Below, piece by piece: positions 7,224-14,967 of a DNA stretch of 44,751 nucleotides (within the stretch, counting starts at the first letter, position 1; each line of letters begins with the position of its first letter). Under the pieces are notes generated by a model. The model was not told the origin of the DNA. It saw nothing but the letters and a program-made list of their open reading frames with translations, and searched no databases. Source of the DNA: a virus; the IMG/VR virus record IMGVR_UViG_3300045988_055685, positions 1 to 44,751 of that record, one strand, 5' to 3'. The position numbers and the translations under genes are program-made.

Positions 7224-7591
7224 CCTTTTTCCTCATATATCTCCACTTCGATTCGCGGGCGTTTCGCATTCACCTCGAACACATCCTCAAACCCCGCGAT
7301 CTCTTTCCACCCATCGTTCCGCAGGTATTTCCCCCTGACGAGCGCGTCCTGTATCACCTTCCGGCCGAATGCGGATATATTGTCCTTGTCCCGCCTGCGG
7401 TTCGGCTCATACCAGCGGTAAACCATGCGTACCGGACCGTCCGCCCTCCACTTTCCGAGGCTCCTTGCCGCATGCAGCACGACGGCTTCACACTGCTTTT
7501 TCAGCCGTGCGCCCTCCTGCCGGTGCCGTCGTTCCGCTTCGATCAGTTCATTCAGCCCCGGCAGCGTGCCGCGTATCGTGAATTTAACCAC
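7190..7591 (-). CDS. rusA: RusA-family Holliday junction resolvase
   Basis: LPGLNELI...RRRDKDNISAFGRKVIQDALV pattern. GTG start sits behind AAGGAGGGG. Confidence 0.7.
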   Translation of the reverse strand: MVKFTIRGTLPGLNELIEAERRHRQEGARLKKQCEAVVLHAARSLGKWRADGPVRMVYRWYEPNRRRDKDNISAFGRKVIQDALVRGKYLRNDGWKEIAGFEDVFEVNAKRPRIEVEIYEEKGWTKNRKPLSG

Positions 7592-8399
7592 CCGCGCCCC
7601 TCCTTGCCTCAAGCTGCTGCTTCACCCGATCGCGCCACTGCGTTTCCCATTCTGACAACTGCTGGCCGGATATCCCCTGCGCTGCGGGCTTCTTGCCGTT
7701 CTCAATCCTGTCCCAGACGATCCCGCGCCAGTTGTTTGCCATGCTCAGGCGTATCACATCGCACACCGCCCGTTCTCCGTGCGCCCCGATCTGGTTCTCT
7801 ATCTCCGCAAGCAGGCTTTTCAGGCCGACCGGCTTATACGCCTCGCGGCGCTCCTGCTTGTACGCCAGCCATTCACGGACAGTTTCGGCAACAGGCTCCG
7901 AAAAGCGTTCGGAGAGTTCGGGCGCGCCCTCTTTCTTAGCTTTCTTGCTTTCTTCTCTTTCTTTTCTTTCTTTCATTGTTGCCCTTTGAGTGCCCTCGGT
8001 CTGCCCGCTGTCTGTCCTCGGTCTGTCCTCGGTCTGCCCTTGGTCTGCCATTTGTTTGCCCTCGGTCTGCCCTTGGGTTGCCCCGTCCGATTGATACCGT
8101 TCGTATTCGTTGACGGTGATAACGGTCATGTGCCGGTTGCTCCAAACAGCGATCTCTCCGGTTTTTTTTAGCCGGTCCAGGCTCGTCCGCACCTCTTTCA
8201 CACTAAGGCCGGTCTGCTCTGCCAAACCGGCAAGAGAGGCTGCGATCTGGCCGCGCTCTATCGTCTTTTCACCTATATCGCGCGGCTCATAGTTCGCATT
8301 CAGCAAAAGGTTAATCCAAAGCAGGAGGGTTTTCGGCTCTTTGTACCACCGCCAATTCGCAAGCGAACGGTGCAGCTTTATGTAACCGTTTTCCAGCAC
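7584..8399 (-). CDS. Phage replisome organizer / replication initiator (N-terminal wHTH, DnaD-like C-terminal region)
   Basis: MLENGYIKLHRSLANWRWYKEPKTLLLWINLLLNANY... is the remembered replisome-organizer N-terminal signature. The central GQTE repeat linker is encoded by DNA iterons. Confidence 0.7.
   Translation of the reverse strand: MLENGYIKLHRSLANWRWYKEPKTLLLWINLLLNANYEPRDIGEKTIERGQIAASLAGLAEQTGLSVKEVRTSLDRLKKTGEIAVWSNRHMTVITVNEYERYQSDGATQGQTEGKQMADQGQTEDRPRTDSGQTEGTQRATMKERKEREESKKAKKEGAPELSERFSEPVAETVREWLAYKQERREAYKPVGLKSLLAEIENQIGAHGERAVCDVIRLSMANNWRGIVWDRIENGKKPAAQGISGQQLSEWETQWRDRVKQQLEARRGAGG
7990..8085. repeat. Iteron array (CCTYGGTCTG, ~11-bp phasing, 5-6 copies) inside the replisome organizer gene; candidate ori
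   Basis: Copies at 7994-8003, 8016-8025, 8027-8036, 8038-8047, 8060-8069, and degenerate 8071-8080. They are preceded by a ~50-bp pyrimidine tract (7925-7975). Confidence 0.55.
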
Positions 8400-8656
8400 C
8401 TTTCCACCACCTCATACACCGCCACGGAAACGCCCGTGAGCGGGTCTTTCTGTTTGCCCACCGCCTTTACCCTGCCCGCCTTGCGCAGTTCGGTGAGCCT
8501 TGGTTTTACCGCGTTCAGATCGGAAAAGCCCAGCTCATACGCGATCTGCCGCGCGGTCATCTGCCGGCCGTGCAGGCAGCCCAGTATCATTGCCTGCCGC
8601 TTTGCCTTGTCTATTGCTTCATGCCCCTCGCGGCGCGTCTCCTCTGTAATGCTCAT
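8378..8656 (-). CDS. Winged-helix (MarR-like) DNA-binding protein
   Basis: MTARQIAYELGFSDLNAVKPRLTELRKAGRVKAVG. Confidence 0.55.
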   Translation of the reverse strand: MSITEETRREGHEAIDKAKRQAMILGCLHGRQMTARQIAYELGFSDLNAVKPRLTELRKAGRVKAVGKQKDPLTGVSVAVYEVVERCWKTVT

Positions 8657-8665
8657 GCTGCCACC

Positions 8666-9067
8666 TCAAAAGGGTACATCCCCGTCGTCCTCCGGCTCGC
8701 AGAAGTCCGAATCGACGTTCGGTGCCTGCTTTTGTGCATCGTCCTTTTTGTTCCCGCCGGCAAAGTCGATGCTCTCTGCCTGCACTTCCCATGAACGCCG
8801 CCTGTTGCCGTTCCTGTCCTCCCAGTCGCGGCTTTCCAGCCGGCCGCGCACGACCGCCATATCGCCCTTATGGAACCATTGTTGTACATGCTCTGCCGTC
8901 TTCCCCCAGAACACCACGTCTATCCAGTCTACCGGATATTCGCCGTTTGATGCTTTCCGGCTGCGCTGCACAGCCAATACCGCACTGCATACCGCCGTGT
9001 TGCTCTGCGTGTAGCGCAGTTCCACATCATCCTTTAACCGGCCTTGAATGATAATGCAATTCAGCAT
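8666..9067 (-). CDS. ssb: Single-stranded DNA-binding protein
   Basis: OB-fold-like N-terminus (IIIQGRLKDDVELRYT...) and an acidic tail EPEDDGDVPF (canonical DDDIPF-type tip). Confidence 0.85.
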   Translation of the reverse strand: MLNCIIIQGRLKDDVELRYTQSNTAVCSAVLAVQRSRKASNGEYPVDWIDVVFWGKTAEHVQQWFHKGDMAVVRGRLESRDWEDRNGNRRRSWEVQAESIDFAGGNKKDDAQKQAPNVDSDFCEPEDDGDVPF

Positions 9068-9372
9068 CTGTCCAAATCCTTTCTATATTTCAAATCAGCC
9101 TCGTTCCAATCCGGATACAGCCCTTGCAGGTATTCCCGCAGCTCCCCGCGTATTTCCTCCCGCTCTGCACTCTGGTCAAATCGCCGGTGGCAGTCCGCGC
9201 ACAGCATAACAAGGTTCATTTCCCGTCCTAAGCCGCCGTGGGAGCGCGGAACGAAATGGGCAGCTTGCAATGTGCCGGCCGTCCCGCAAAGCACGCAGCG
9301 CTTATTGTCGCGCTCATATACCTGCTTCCATGTCGCAGGCTGTACCGATGTAAACCGTGTTTCACGTCTCAT
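9061..9372 (-). CDS. HNH endonuclease
   Basis: CVLCG...AHFVPRSHGGLG...NLVMLCADCH. Start is re-picked at MRRETRF with an ATGA overlap. Confidence 0.75.
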   Translation of the reverse strand: MRRETRFTSVQPATWKQVYERDNKRCVLCGTAGTLQAAHFVPRSHGGLGREMNLVMLCADCHRRFDQSAEREEIRGELREYLQGLYPDWNEADLKYRKDLDRC

Positions 9373-9905
9373 GCTGCCCGTGCCTCCGGTTCCCAATCTG
9401 CTAACCAGCGCAGAATATCGCCCTGCGGGGCGGTCTCGATGTCCTGGTCTTTGCAGTCCTGCACGACCATATCAATAAGTCGCCCCATCTGCTGCGTGTC
9501 ATAGGTAGACGAACCGTAGTAGCAATAGAGCATATCGTGACCACCGTCCTCTACGACCCAGCCAAGGCCTTGCGCCTCCCATAGGTTCCAAATGAGTTGC
9601 CGCTGTTCCTCGTTTTCATAGGATACGCACCTGTAGTTTTCGCCAATTTCACGCACATAGCTTCGGTATATGTCGGTTTTAGGGATGCCTACCGCAGCCG
9701 CCAGCTTGCTGCATAGTGACCAGAAATATCGGTTGGCTTTACTGCTCCTGCGCTCCCGCTTTAGCTTGATCTCTGCCTGATACGCCTTGCCCTGCTGCAT
9801 CTGCCCGCACTCATTCCGCGCCATCGGTGCATTTTTGATATGTAAGCACAGCCAGTTTCCATCCTCATCCCGCATCACGCGGGCGCGGTCAAATTCATGC
9901 GTCAA
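9369..9905 (-). CDS. NinB/Orf-like recombination mediator (tentative)
   Basis: KRERRSSKANRYFWSLCSKLA resembles lambda NinB RNRSLDQNRKLWACLGDVS. A later GSSTYDTQQMGRLIDMV segment resembles GQSTSRMRVGEFAELLELI. Confidence 0.5.
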   Translation of the reverse strand: MTHEFDRARVMRDEDGNWLCLHIKNAPMARNECGQMQQGKAYQAEIKLKRERRSSKANRYFWSLCSKLAAAVGIPKTDIYRSYVREIGENYRCVSYENEEQRQLIWNLWEAQGLGWVVEDGGHDMLYCYYGSSTYDTQQMGRLIDMVVQDCKDQDIETAPQGDILRWLADWEPEARAA

Positions 9906-10968
9906 GCGCGTTCATCCTTTCCAGCTTTTCGGTCAGCTCGATTAACGCCGCATTCATCTTTACGATGTCGCCCGCGTCCGCCTTGTACTGCGCTGTCCAC
10001 ATCTGCTGCGCCATCGCATCATCACCAGCGCAAATCTGATGAATAATTTTCTGCACTTCCTCAGCCTTTTCCCGTGCCGCTGCAAGCGCGGTTTCCGCTT
10101 TGGTCTGCTGTGGCTCGTGTTCGTCATACCACTTTTTATAACACGCCATGCACATTTGCTTTCCTGTATTTTTCTTAGTACCCTCTATGATACTTTCCAC
10201 ACTTTTTTTGGCGGTTGCTCGGATTGCTTTTCCGCACTCCTCGCAGATTTCCGGCGCTTCTCCCTCGTCCAGCCATGCCGCCAGCTTTTCGCCGAGCGCC
10301 GGGGTGATGATCTCGCCGTATTCGTCCAAAAAGGTAGTGTCCTTACTCGCTGTCGCGGTGTGGGCTCGGTCGATATTCAGCACAATATCAAACTCGTACT
10401 CGGTATCGTCGCGCTGCACCGGCGCAAGCCCAAGCTTGACCGGCACCTGTTTTCCCCGTTCGTTCTCTTCAAGGGCATATTCCATCTTGGAACGCAGCGT
10501 CACAATAACATGGCAATCTGACGCGAGAATGGTGTTTACAAGATTGTTCTGCGCCTTTCCCGCCTCTGCCCATGCGGTGTAGCTTGTCTTGCCGGGGCGG
10601 CTGGCGATCTTGTCCTTGAGTTCCAACACGCCGCCCTCGTTACTCCATGCGTGGGAAAAGCTGTCCACAATCACCACACCGTCCGTGCCAACCACGCTTG
10701 CCGCGTCCGCCACAAGCGCCTTGTACCGTTCGGGGGAATAAGGCGGGGTCATTGTGCAGTGTAAAAACTCGCCTGTCCCTAAATCCTCACGGTTTGCATA
10801 AAACAGCGCGCGGTCATGCTCGGTATCCAATACCGCGATTTTGACCCAGTCCTTTGTCATGCCATAGGCAATGTACAGCGCACCCAGCGTCTTTCCAGAA
10901 CCCGAAACGCCCGTAAGCGCCATGCGCAGCTTTGCTTTTTTGCGTACTGCTTTTACAAACATACTCAT
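9895..10968 (-). CDS. Sak4-like RecA-fold AAA ATPase (AAA_24 type) with C-terminal zinc-ribbon/coiled-coil extension
   Basis: Walker A LTGVSGSGKT and Walker B VVIVDS. It is adjacent to Gp157 as in many siphoviruses. Confidence 0.75.
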   Translation of the reverse strand: MSMFVKAVRKKAKLRMALTGVSGSGKTLGALYIAYGMTKDWVKIAVLDTEHDRALFYANREDLGTGEFLHCTMTPPYSPERYKALVADAASVVGTDGVVIVDSFSHAWSNEGGVLELKDKIASRPGKTSYTAWAEAGKAQNNLVNTILASDCHVIVTLRSKMEYALEENERGKQVPVKLGLAPVQRDDTEYEFDIVLNIDRAHTATASKDTTFLDEYGEIITPALGEKLAAWLDEGEAPEICEECGKAIRATAKKSVESIIEGTKKNTGKQMCMACYKKWYDEHEPQQTKAETALAAAREKAEEVQKIIHQICAGDDAMAQQMWTAQYKADAGDIVKMNAALIELTEKLERMNALDA

Positions 10969-10977
10969 AGGTTACCC

Positions 10978-11481
10978 TCACTTGATCTGCAAATTTCTGT
11001 TTTCCACCAGTTCCGCGCCTGGCACCAGCTCCCCTGCCTGCAGCAATTTCTTTATTGCGGCCTTGTCCGGCTGGCGGTCTATCTTGACCTTGCACAGGTC
11101 GTCCGGTATCTCAACATCACTTAAAATGTTCACAGCCGTACTCTTGCGGAAAGAAAGCGCCGCTCTCGAGGTTTCTATCTTATCCTTTCCCACCGCCGCC
11201 ATGCTCTGCGCCAGATGGTTTTTCAGGCTTTCCGCACGTCTCTTCGCCGCCGCTTCGCGCGTCTTGAGGTTATCCATCTCATCATGGATCGCTTTTGCCT
11301 GCGCCAGCAGGCTCTTAATAGCCACCGCATAGGCTTCCGCTTTGTCCTCGAACGCCGCGTCCAGCGTATCCACGGCCTCAAAGCCCACTACTTCGCCGGT
11401 TTCTTCGTCCACCCGCAGCGCATCCATTGCCGCCTGAAACTGCGTGGTCAGCTCATATAAATTCGTGCTCATATTTTTCAT
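10978..11481 (-). CDS. Siphovirus Gp157 family protein
   Basis: LYELTTQFQAAMDAL...coiled coil...DDLCKVKIDRQPDKAAIKKLLQAGELVPGAELVENRNLQIK matches the remembered Gp157 pattern. Confidence 0.75.
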   Translation of the reverse strand: MKNMSTNLYELTTQFQAAMDALRVDEETGEVVGFEAVDTLDAAFEDKAEAYAVAIKSLLAQAKAIHDEMDNLKTREAAAKRRAESLKNHLAQSMAAVGKDKIETSRAALSFRKSTAVNILSDVEIPDDLCKVKIDRQPDKAAIKKLLQAGELVPGAELVENRNLQIK

Positions 11482-11587
11482 CGCTCCATTTCTGATAAAT
11501 CGCGTCTATGTCCGGTTCTCCACGCTCGTCCTGCTCCATCGGTTCCAGCCGCCTTTCCTGGCAGCCGGTTAATGTATCTCTTGACAT
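11453..11587 (-). CDS. Hypothetical small acidic protein (44 aa)
   Basis: Self-translated MSRDTLTGCQERRLEPMEQDERGEPDIDAIYQKWSDEKYEHEFI. RBS is GAGGAACGAAA. Confidence 0.4.
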   Translation of the reverse strand: MSRDTLTGCQERRLEPMEQDERGEPDIDAIYQKWSDEKYEHEFI

Positions 11588-11661
11588 TTTCGTTCCTCGT
11601 GTTATTCTATAAGTGTGTTATTGTCTTTGCCGCTTTCCCAGTTGACGCTGGGGAGCGGCTT

Positions 11662-11877
11662 TCACTTTTCATTGAACAGTTCTTCAAACGGTATCCCTGT
11701 TATTTCTACCAGCTGCCTGCAAAGCAACAGGCGCGGTTCGTGCCGGCCGTATACATAGTTCTGCATTGTCGTTTCACTTACACCTGACATCTCAGCCAGC
11801 CGACTGATAGAAACGCGGTTCGCCCGCATCCACGCTTCAAGCGCAGGATAGATGATCTTGTATTTTCTACCGTACAC
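11662..11877 (-). CDS. XRE-family HTH transcriptional regulator
   Basis: VSISRLAEMSGVSETTMQNYVYGRHEP. Confidence 0.65.
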   Translation of the reverse strand: MYGRKYKIIYPALEAWMRANRVSISRLAEMSGVSETTMQNYVYGRHEPRLLLCRQLVEITGIPFEELFNEK

Positions 11878-12013
11878 TTTCCATCACCGTAATCTTTCGC
11901 GCAAGCGGCTGTAAGTATTTCGGGTCCGGCTTCTGGTTGTCCGCGATCGAGTGGAACGTCTCTGCATTTTCCTTTGTTTTGCGTCTCAGCTCACGCATTT
12001 CCTCGAAATTCAC
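11867..12013 (-). CDS. Hypothetical small protein (48 aa, GTG start)
   Basis: Strong RBS AAAGGAGGAAGGGCGC, then GTG overlapping the upstream stop (GTGA). The longer track ORF 11867..12235 overlaps 12010..12213. Confidence 0.4.
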   Translation of the reverse strand: MNFEEMRELRRKTKENAETFHSIADNQKPDPKYLQPLARKITVMESVR

Positions 12014-12213
12014 GCGCCCTTCCTCCTTTCGTTTATCTCGTGCTGCGCTTCCTGCTGGGCATGTTTCTCCATCAGGTACCAGCCTGTCAGCCCGCAAATA
12101 ACGCTGCAAACGCATAGCGCGCCGAGCAGCCCAACTGGGAAACTGTCTTGACCGCACGCCGCTATGAATGCACTGGCAAGGCACAGGCCGCAGAACAGCT
12201 TGTACAGTTTCAC
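12010..12213 (-). CDS. Small membrane protein
   Basis: MKLYKLFCGLCLASAFIAACGQDSFPVGLLGALCVCSVICGLTGWYLM has two hydrophobic helices and a possible lipoprotein-like Cys. Confidence 0.5.
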   Translation of the reverse strand: MKLYKLFCGLCLASAFIAACGQDSFPVGLLGALCVCSVICGLTGWYLMEKHAQQEAQHEINERRKGA

Positions 12214-12464
12214 CGCTTCCCCTCCACGTTTCCAAGGCGGCGACGCGCTATATCACTGGCAATGTCGCCTTTGTAATACTTCGCTCTGCCGCCTACCTGT
12301 ACTCTCGGAAGGGCAGATGCTTTGCGGGCCTTTTGTGGATTTTCATATCCATATATGTTAGCAACCTGTTCCAGAGTTAAAAATATCGTTCCTGGATACA
12401 TTCTGTCCAAGTCTCTAACTGCTTCTTGTCGTGCGGCCGCATAAGTAATGGTTTCATTCATCAT
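12210..12464 (-). CDS. Hypothetical protein (possible DNA-binding)
   Basis: Track ORF with coupled starts and stops on both sides. Confidence 0.5.
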   Translation of the reverse strand: MMNETITYAAARQEAVRDLDRMYPGTIFLTLEQVANIYGYENPQKARKASALPRVQVGGRAKYYKGDIASDIARRRLGNVEGKR

Positions 12465-12610
12465 CTTTGTTCATCCCCTTTCAGCTTTGTAAGTTCCACC
12501 TCGTCCTCTCGTATTCCAAGGTGCGCCGCAACCACTTGTTTAATTAGTGATGTATTGCTTCTCGATGTTTGTATTAGTTCCTGAACCGTCATGTTTTCTT
12601 TGTTAGGCAT
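12461..12610 (-). CDS. Hypothetical small protein (49 aa)
   Basis: Self-translated MPNKENMTVQELIQTSRSNTSLIKQVVAAHLGIREDEVELTKLKGDEQR. RBS is GGAGGAATTTTA, with an ATGA overlap downstream. Confidence 0.5.
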   Translation of the reverse strand: MPNKENMTVQELIQTSRSNTSLIKQVVAAHLGIREDEVELTKLKGDEQR

Positions 12611-12627
12611 TAAAATTCCTCCATTCC

Positions 12628-12656
12628 TTGCCAGAGGTAGGAGGATATGGTATAAT
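12628..12656 (+). promoter_or_regulatory. Near-consensus sigma-70-type promoter (extended -10)
   Basis: TTGCCA (12628-33), 17 nt, then TGgTATAAT (TATAAT at 12651-56). Confidence 0.6.
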
Positions 12657-12662
12657 GTCCTC

Positions 12663-12732
12663 GATACCTCGTAGCCACAATACGTGGTGTCACGCCCTGT
12701 CGGATGTTGCTACCATCCGGCGGGGCATTTTT
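12663..12732 (+). ncRNA. Candidate ~70-nt sRNA, antisense to the early minus-strand transcript
   Basis: It starts after the promoter above. It contains hairpin CCAC-aatac-GTGG, then terminator GCCC-TGT-CGGATG ttgctac CATCCG-GCG-GGGC followed by ATTTTT (12694-12732). No ORF is present. Confidence 0.45.
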
Positions 12733-12817
12733 ATCCCATTTTGCAGGCGATTCTTACAAGCCCGATCAGGATGAAAACAAATCCCATAACAAGCATAAAT
12801 GGGTTGCTGTCATTCAT
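12731..12817 (-). CDS. 28-aa hydrophobic peptide
   Basis: Self-translated MNDSNPFMLVMGFVFILIGLVRIACKMG. RBS GGAGG lies 10 nt upstream. The stop TAA lies in the T-run of the convergent plus-strand terminator. Confidence 0.4.
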   Translation of the reverse strand: MNDSNPFMLVMGFVFILIGLVRIACKMG

Positions 12818-13023
12818 TCACCGTCGACCTCCTGACTATATTTTTCATCAAGATAAGCCTGCACCCGCTCGTCCGCTTCCGCTTCAATCTGCATCTGCCC
12901 GATCAGCCGCATGATCTCGCGCTCCCTGCGCGCCTCGCCTTTCTCGCTGTATTCGCCCGATGCAATCTGATGGCACAGGTCAATAATGCGGAATGCGCTG
13001 TTTGAGATTCCCTGTAAATTCAT
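12814..13023 (-). CDS. Hypothetical protein
   Basis: Track ORF with acidic, coiled-coil-like composition. Confidence 0.5.
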   Translation of the reverse strand: MNLQGISNSAFRIIDLCHQIASGEYSEKGEARREREIMRLIGQMQIEAEADERVQAYLDEKYSQEVDGE

Positions 13024-13057
13024 GGTTTATTTTCCTCCTCTGTTAATTGCTGAAAAT

Positions 13058-13450
13058 TTAATTTCCTCCGCATCCCCCACCATTGGTTCCCTCAACATAT
13101 GTATCAACGGTTACATGTCGAACAGGTATTTGATACATTTTTATGGTTTGTTCCAAACTGGATTTGACATCGTTCAATGCCTCGATGGCGCGTTTGAAAT
13201 CCTCAATCCGGACAAAGCAGCAGAAATTGGACTGTTGACTATTGCCATCACCTCCGCGTCCCCTATCATCAAGCAATCTGATATCCACTGATGGACAAGA
13301 ACGGTATAAGCTCATATCTTGACTAATTTTTTGCCCATCTATAGCAAGTTCGATTTCCCTTGCGTCTCGTTTCTGCCGTTCTTGTACCGCTAATACAAGG
13401 GCGGCGATTTCTTTTGGGTCGCCTTTGATTGATATTTCCAATTTGTTCAC
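13058..13450 (-). CDS. Hypothetical protein
   Basis: Track ORF located in the AT-richer segment. Confidence 0.5.
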   Translation of the reverse strand: MNKLEISIKGDPKEIAALVLAVQERQKRDAREIELAIDGQKISQDMSLYRSCPSVDIRLLDDRGRGGDGNSQQSNFCCFVRIEDFKRAIEALNDVKSSLEQTIKMYQIPVRHVTVDTYVEGTNGGGCGGN

Positions 13451-13471
13451 CTCTTATGTTTTCTGGTTTTC

Positions 13472-13702
13472 TCATCTGTGATATAGATGTTTGCAGAAAG
13501 CATCCTGCAATTTAGAAATGCAGTCTTCCATATCCGCATTTAGCTTTTCTGGGCTTTCCCATTCCCCATCAAATTCAGCGGTTATGGTGATCTGCGGAAG
13601 TGCCGGAACAAAATCCCCGTTTCGGTTCATAGCTGTTCCTACATAGCAGTCTGATGCCACTGAAATCTTTGCTTTTTTCTCAAAACAGTACTTTGCGTTC
13701 AT
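13472..13702 (-). CDS. Hypothetical protein
   Basis: Track ORF. Confidence 0.5.
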   Translation of the reverse strand: MNAKYCFEKKAKISVASDCYVGTAMNRNGDFVPALPQITITAEFDGEWESPEKLNADMEDCISKLQDAFCKHLYHR

Positions 13703-13808
13703 TTCCTATCTCCTCACCTGGTACTCCTTAAAAGAATTGTTGCAATGCTTAAAACGATTGCTCCTATTCCACAAAACAAAGTTATAAATTCCCTAACCTC
13801 TGACCAAG

Positions 13809-14033
13809 TCATTCTGCAATCCTCTCGCAAAATTCAGAAAACTTTCTTTCATCCCTCTGCAATGATGCAGTTTTTACGTCAATTTCCATAAAACGAATGG
13901 AGCTTTTCTTTTCCCCGTCCTTGTTATGGGTCGAGAAGTCCAGTCGGGAAATTCCTTGCCCGATAAAAACGCCATCCAGCAATACACTGGTATGCTGCCC
14001 GTCTGATGCAATAACCACCTTTGGGTATGCCAT
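13809..14033 (-). CDS. Hypothetical protein
   Basis: Track ORF. Its stop overlaps a possible 32-aa TM peptide ORF (MTWSEVREFITLFCGIGAIVLSIATILLRSTR), which is not listed separately. Confidence 0.5.
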   Translation of the reverse strand: MAYPKVVIASDGQHTSVLLDGVFIGQGISRLDFSTHNKDGEKKSSIRFMEIDVKTASLQRDERKFSEFCERIAE

Positions 14034-14077
14034 TAGCTTTTACCTCCTCAAAATACGGTTTTATCCTGTCTCTAATG

Positions 14078-14380
14078 TCAAAGCTTAATAATTGGTCCAT
14101 CAGCATCATCACGCATGGATTCAATTACGGATTCAAAAGAACTCCGAATAATATCTTTGGCGCTTAAAGCTGAATGGGATTCCATTTTGTGAAATTTTTC
14201 GTTTTGTTCTTCTTTCTCTGCACGCATACTTAGTCTCTGCAGCAATATCGCAGTATCAAGCATGTCGTGTAGCATTTCGCGTGTCGCACCCCCGCTATTT
14301 ATCAAAAGTGCAATATCTCTTACCAGCTCGTCTTTAGCGGCCTCGTATATTTGTGCGTGCGTTTTCTGTTCTGTTGGCAT
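14078..14380 (-). CDS. Hypothetical protein (100 aa)
   Basis: Start re-picked at MPTEQK behind AAAGGAGGTGAAGAA. The upstream part of track ORF 14078..14605 looks non-coding. Confidence 0.5.
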   Translation of the reverse strand: MPTEQKTHAQIYEAAKDELVRDIALLINSGGATREMLHDMLDTAILLQRLSMRAEKEEQNEKFHKMESHSALSAKDIIRSSFESVIESMRDDADGPIIKL

Positions 14381-14435
14381 TTCTTCACCTCCTTTCATGA
14401 TGCAGGTTTGTTCGCCTCCCAACCTCGCGATAAAA

Positions 14436-14657
14436 TTAGGCGAAAAACGAAGCGATCTCTTGCAGGATATTGCAAACACTGTCCACCTGCTGATCGATGA
14501 TAGCGACATGGTCAGAAATGCTCTGGATGCTTTGAGTGACCAAGAGCAGCCCATCACTATTAAGCTGGATAAAGCTGTACATTCTCCAACCCAAAACCAG
14601 AACACTGACAGTGAGTAGGAAAACGGCGATTGACTGTATCCTTACTGTTCGTTCCAA
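14436..14657 (-). CDS. Possible membrane-anchored protein (weak call)
   Basis: It has a TM-like N-terminus (IAVFLLTVSVLVLGW). The start is TTG and no RBS is visible. Confidence 0.3.
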   Translation of the reverse strand: MERTVRIQSIAVFLLTVSVLVLGWRMYSFIQLNSDGLLLVTQSIQSISDHVAIIDQQVDSVCNILQEIASFFA

Positions 14658-14727
14658 TCTGCTGATCCGTTCGCCGTCCGATAATGGCGAGCGGATTTTT
14701 TTGATGTGCGTTGCCGTTCACCTCCTT

Positions 14728-14967
14728 TCATGATGCGGGATCGTCCCTGTTTTGGGACGGTTCTGCTAAAAAAATTTCTGCCTTTTCCGCGCCAGAAGAA
14801 ATACCTAACGCATTACAAATCAAATCTATCTGATCTGTATCAAAGCAACCATGCCCATTAACCTTTGAATTAATTGTGTTTTTTGAAATCCCAGTCGCTT
14901 TTGCAAGACTTCTCTGGCTAAAACCCGCCATAACCATTCGCCCAAGAAACTTATTTTTATCCAGCAT
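14728..14967 (-). CDS. Cro-like XRE-family HTH regulator (first early gene)
   Basis: FSQRSLAKATGISKNTINSKVNG. It is divergent from the CI-like repressor. Confidence 0.7.
   Translation of the reverse strand: MLDKNKFLGRMVMAGFSQRSLAKATGISKNTINSKVNGHGCFDTDQIDLICNALGISSGAEKAEIFLAEPSQNRDDPAS

Noticed and set aside
6351-7421. 356-aa plus-strand ORF; likewise 5989-6639, 7094-7939 and 8370-9014
   Set aside because: These are antisense shadows of well-supported minus-strand genes (PAPS reductase-like, RusA, replisome organizer, SSB) in GC-rich DNA. Their composition is R/P/S/H-rich and no RBS is present.
13712-13810. Possible 32-aa TM peptide MTWSEVREFITLFCGIGAIVLSIATILLRSTR
   Set aside because: It has an ATGA overlap with the upstream stop, which is suggestive. 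It has no separate RBS, promoter or antisense partner like the other peptide loci, so the evidence is too weak to list as a feature.
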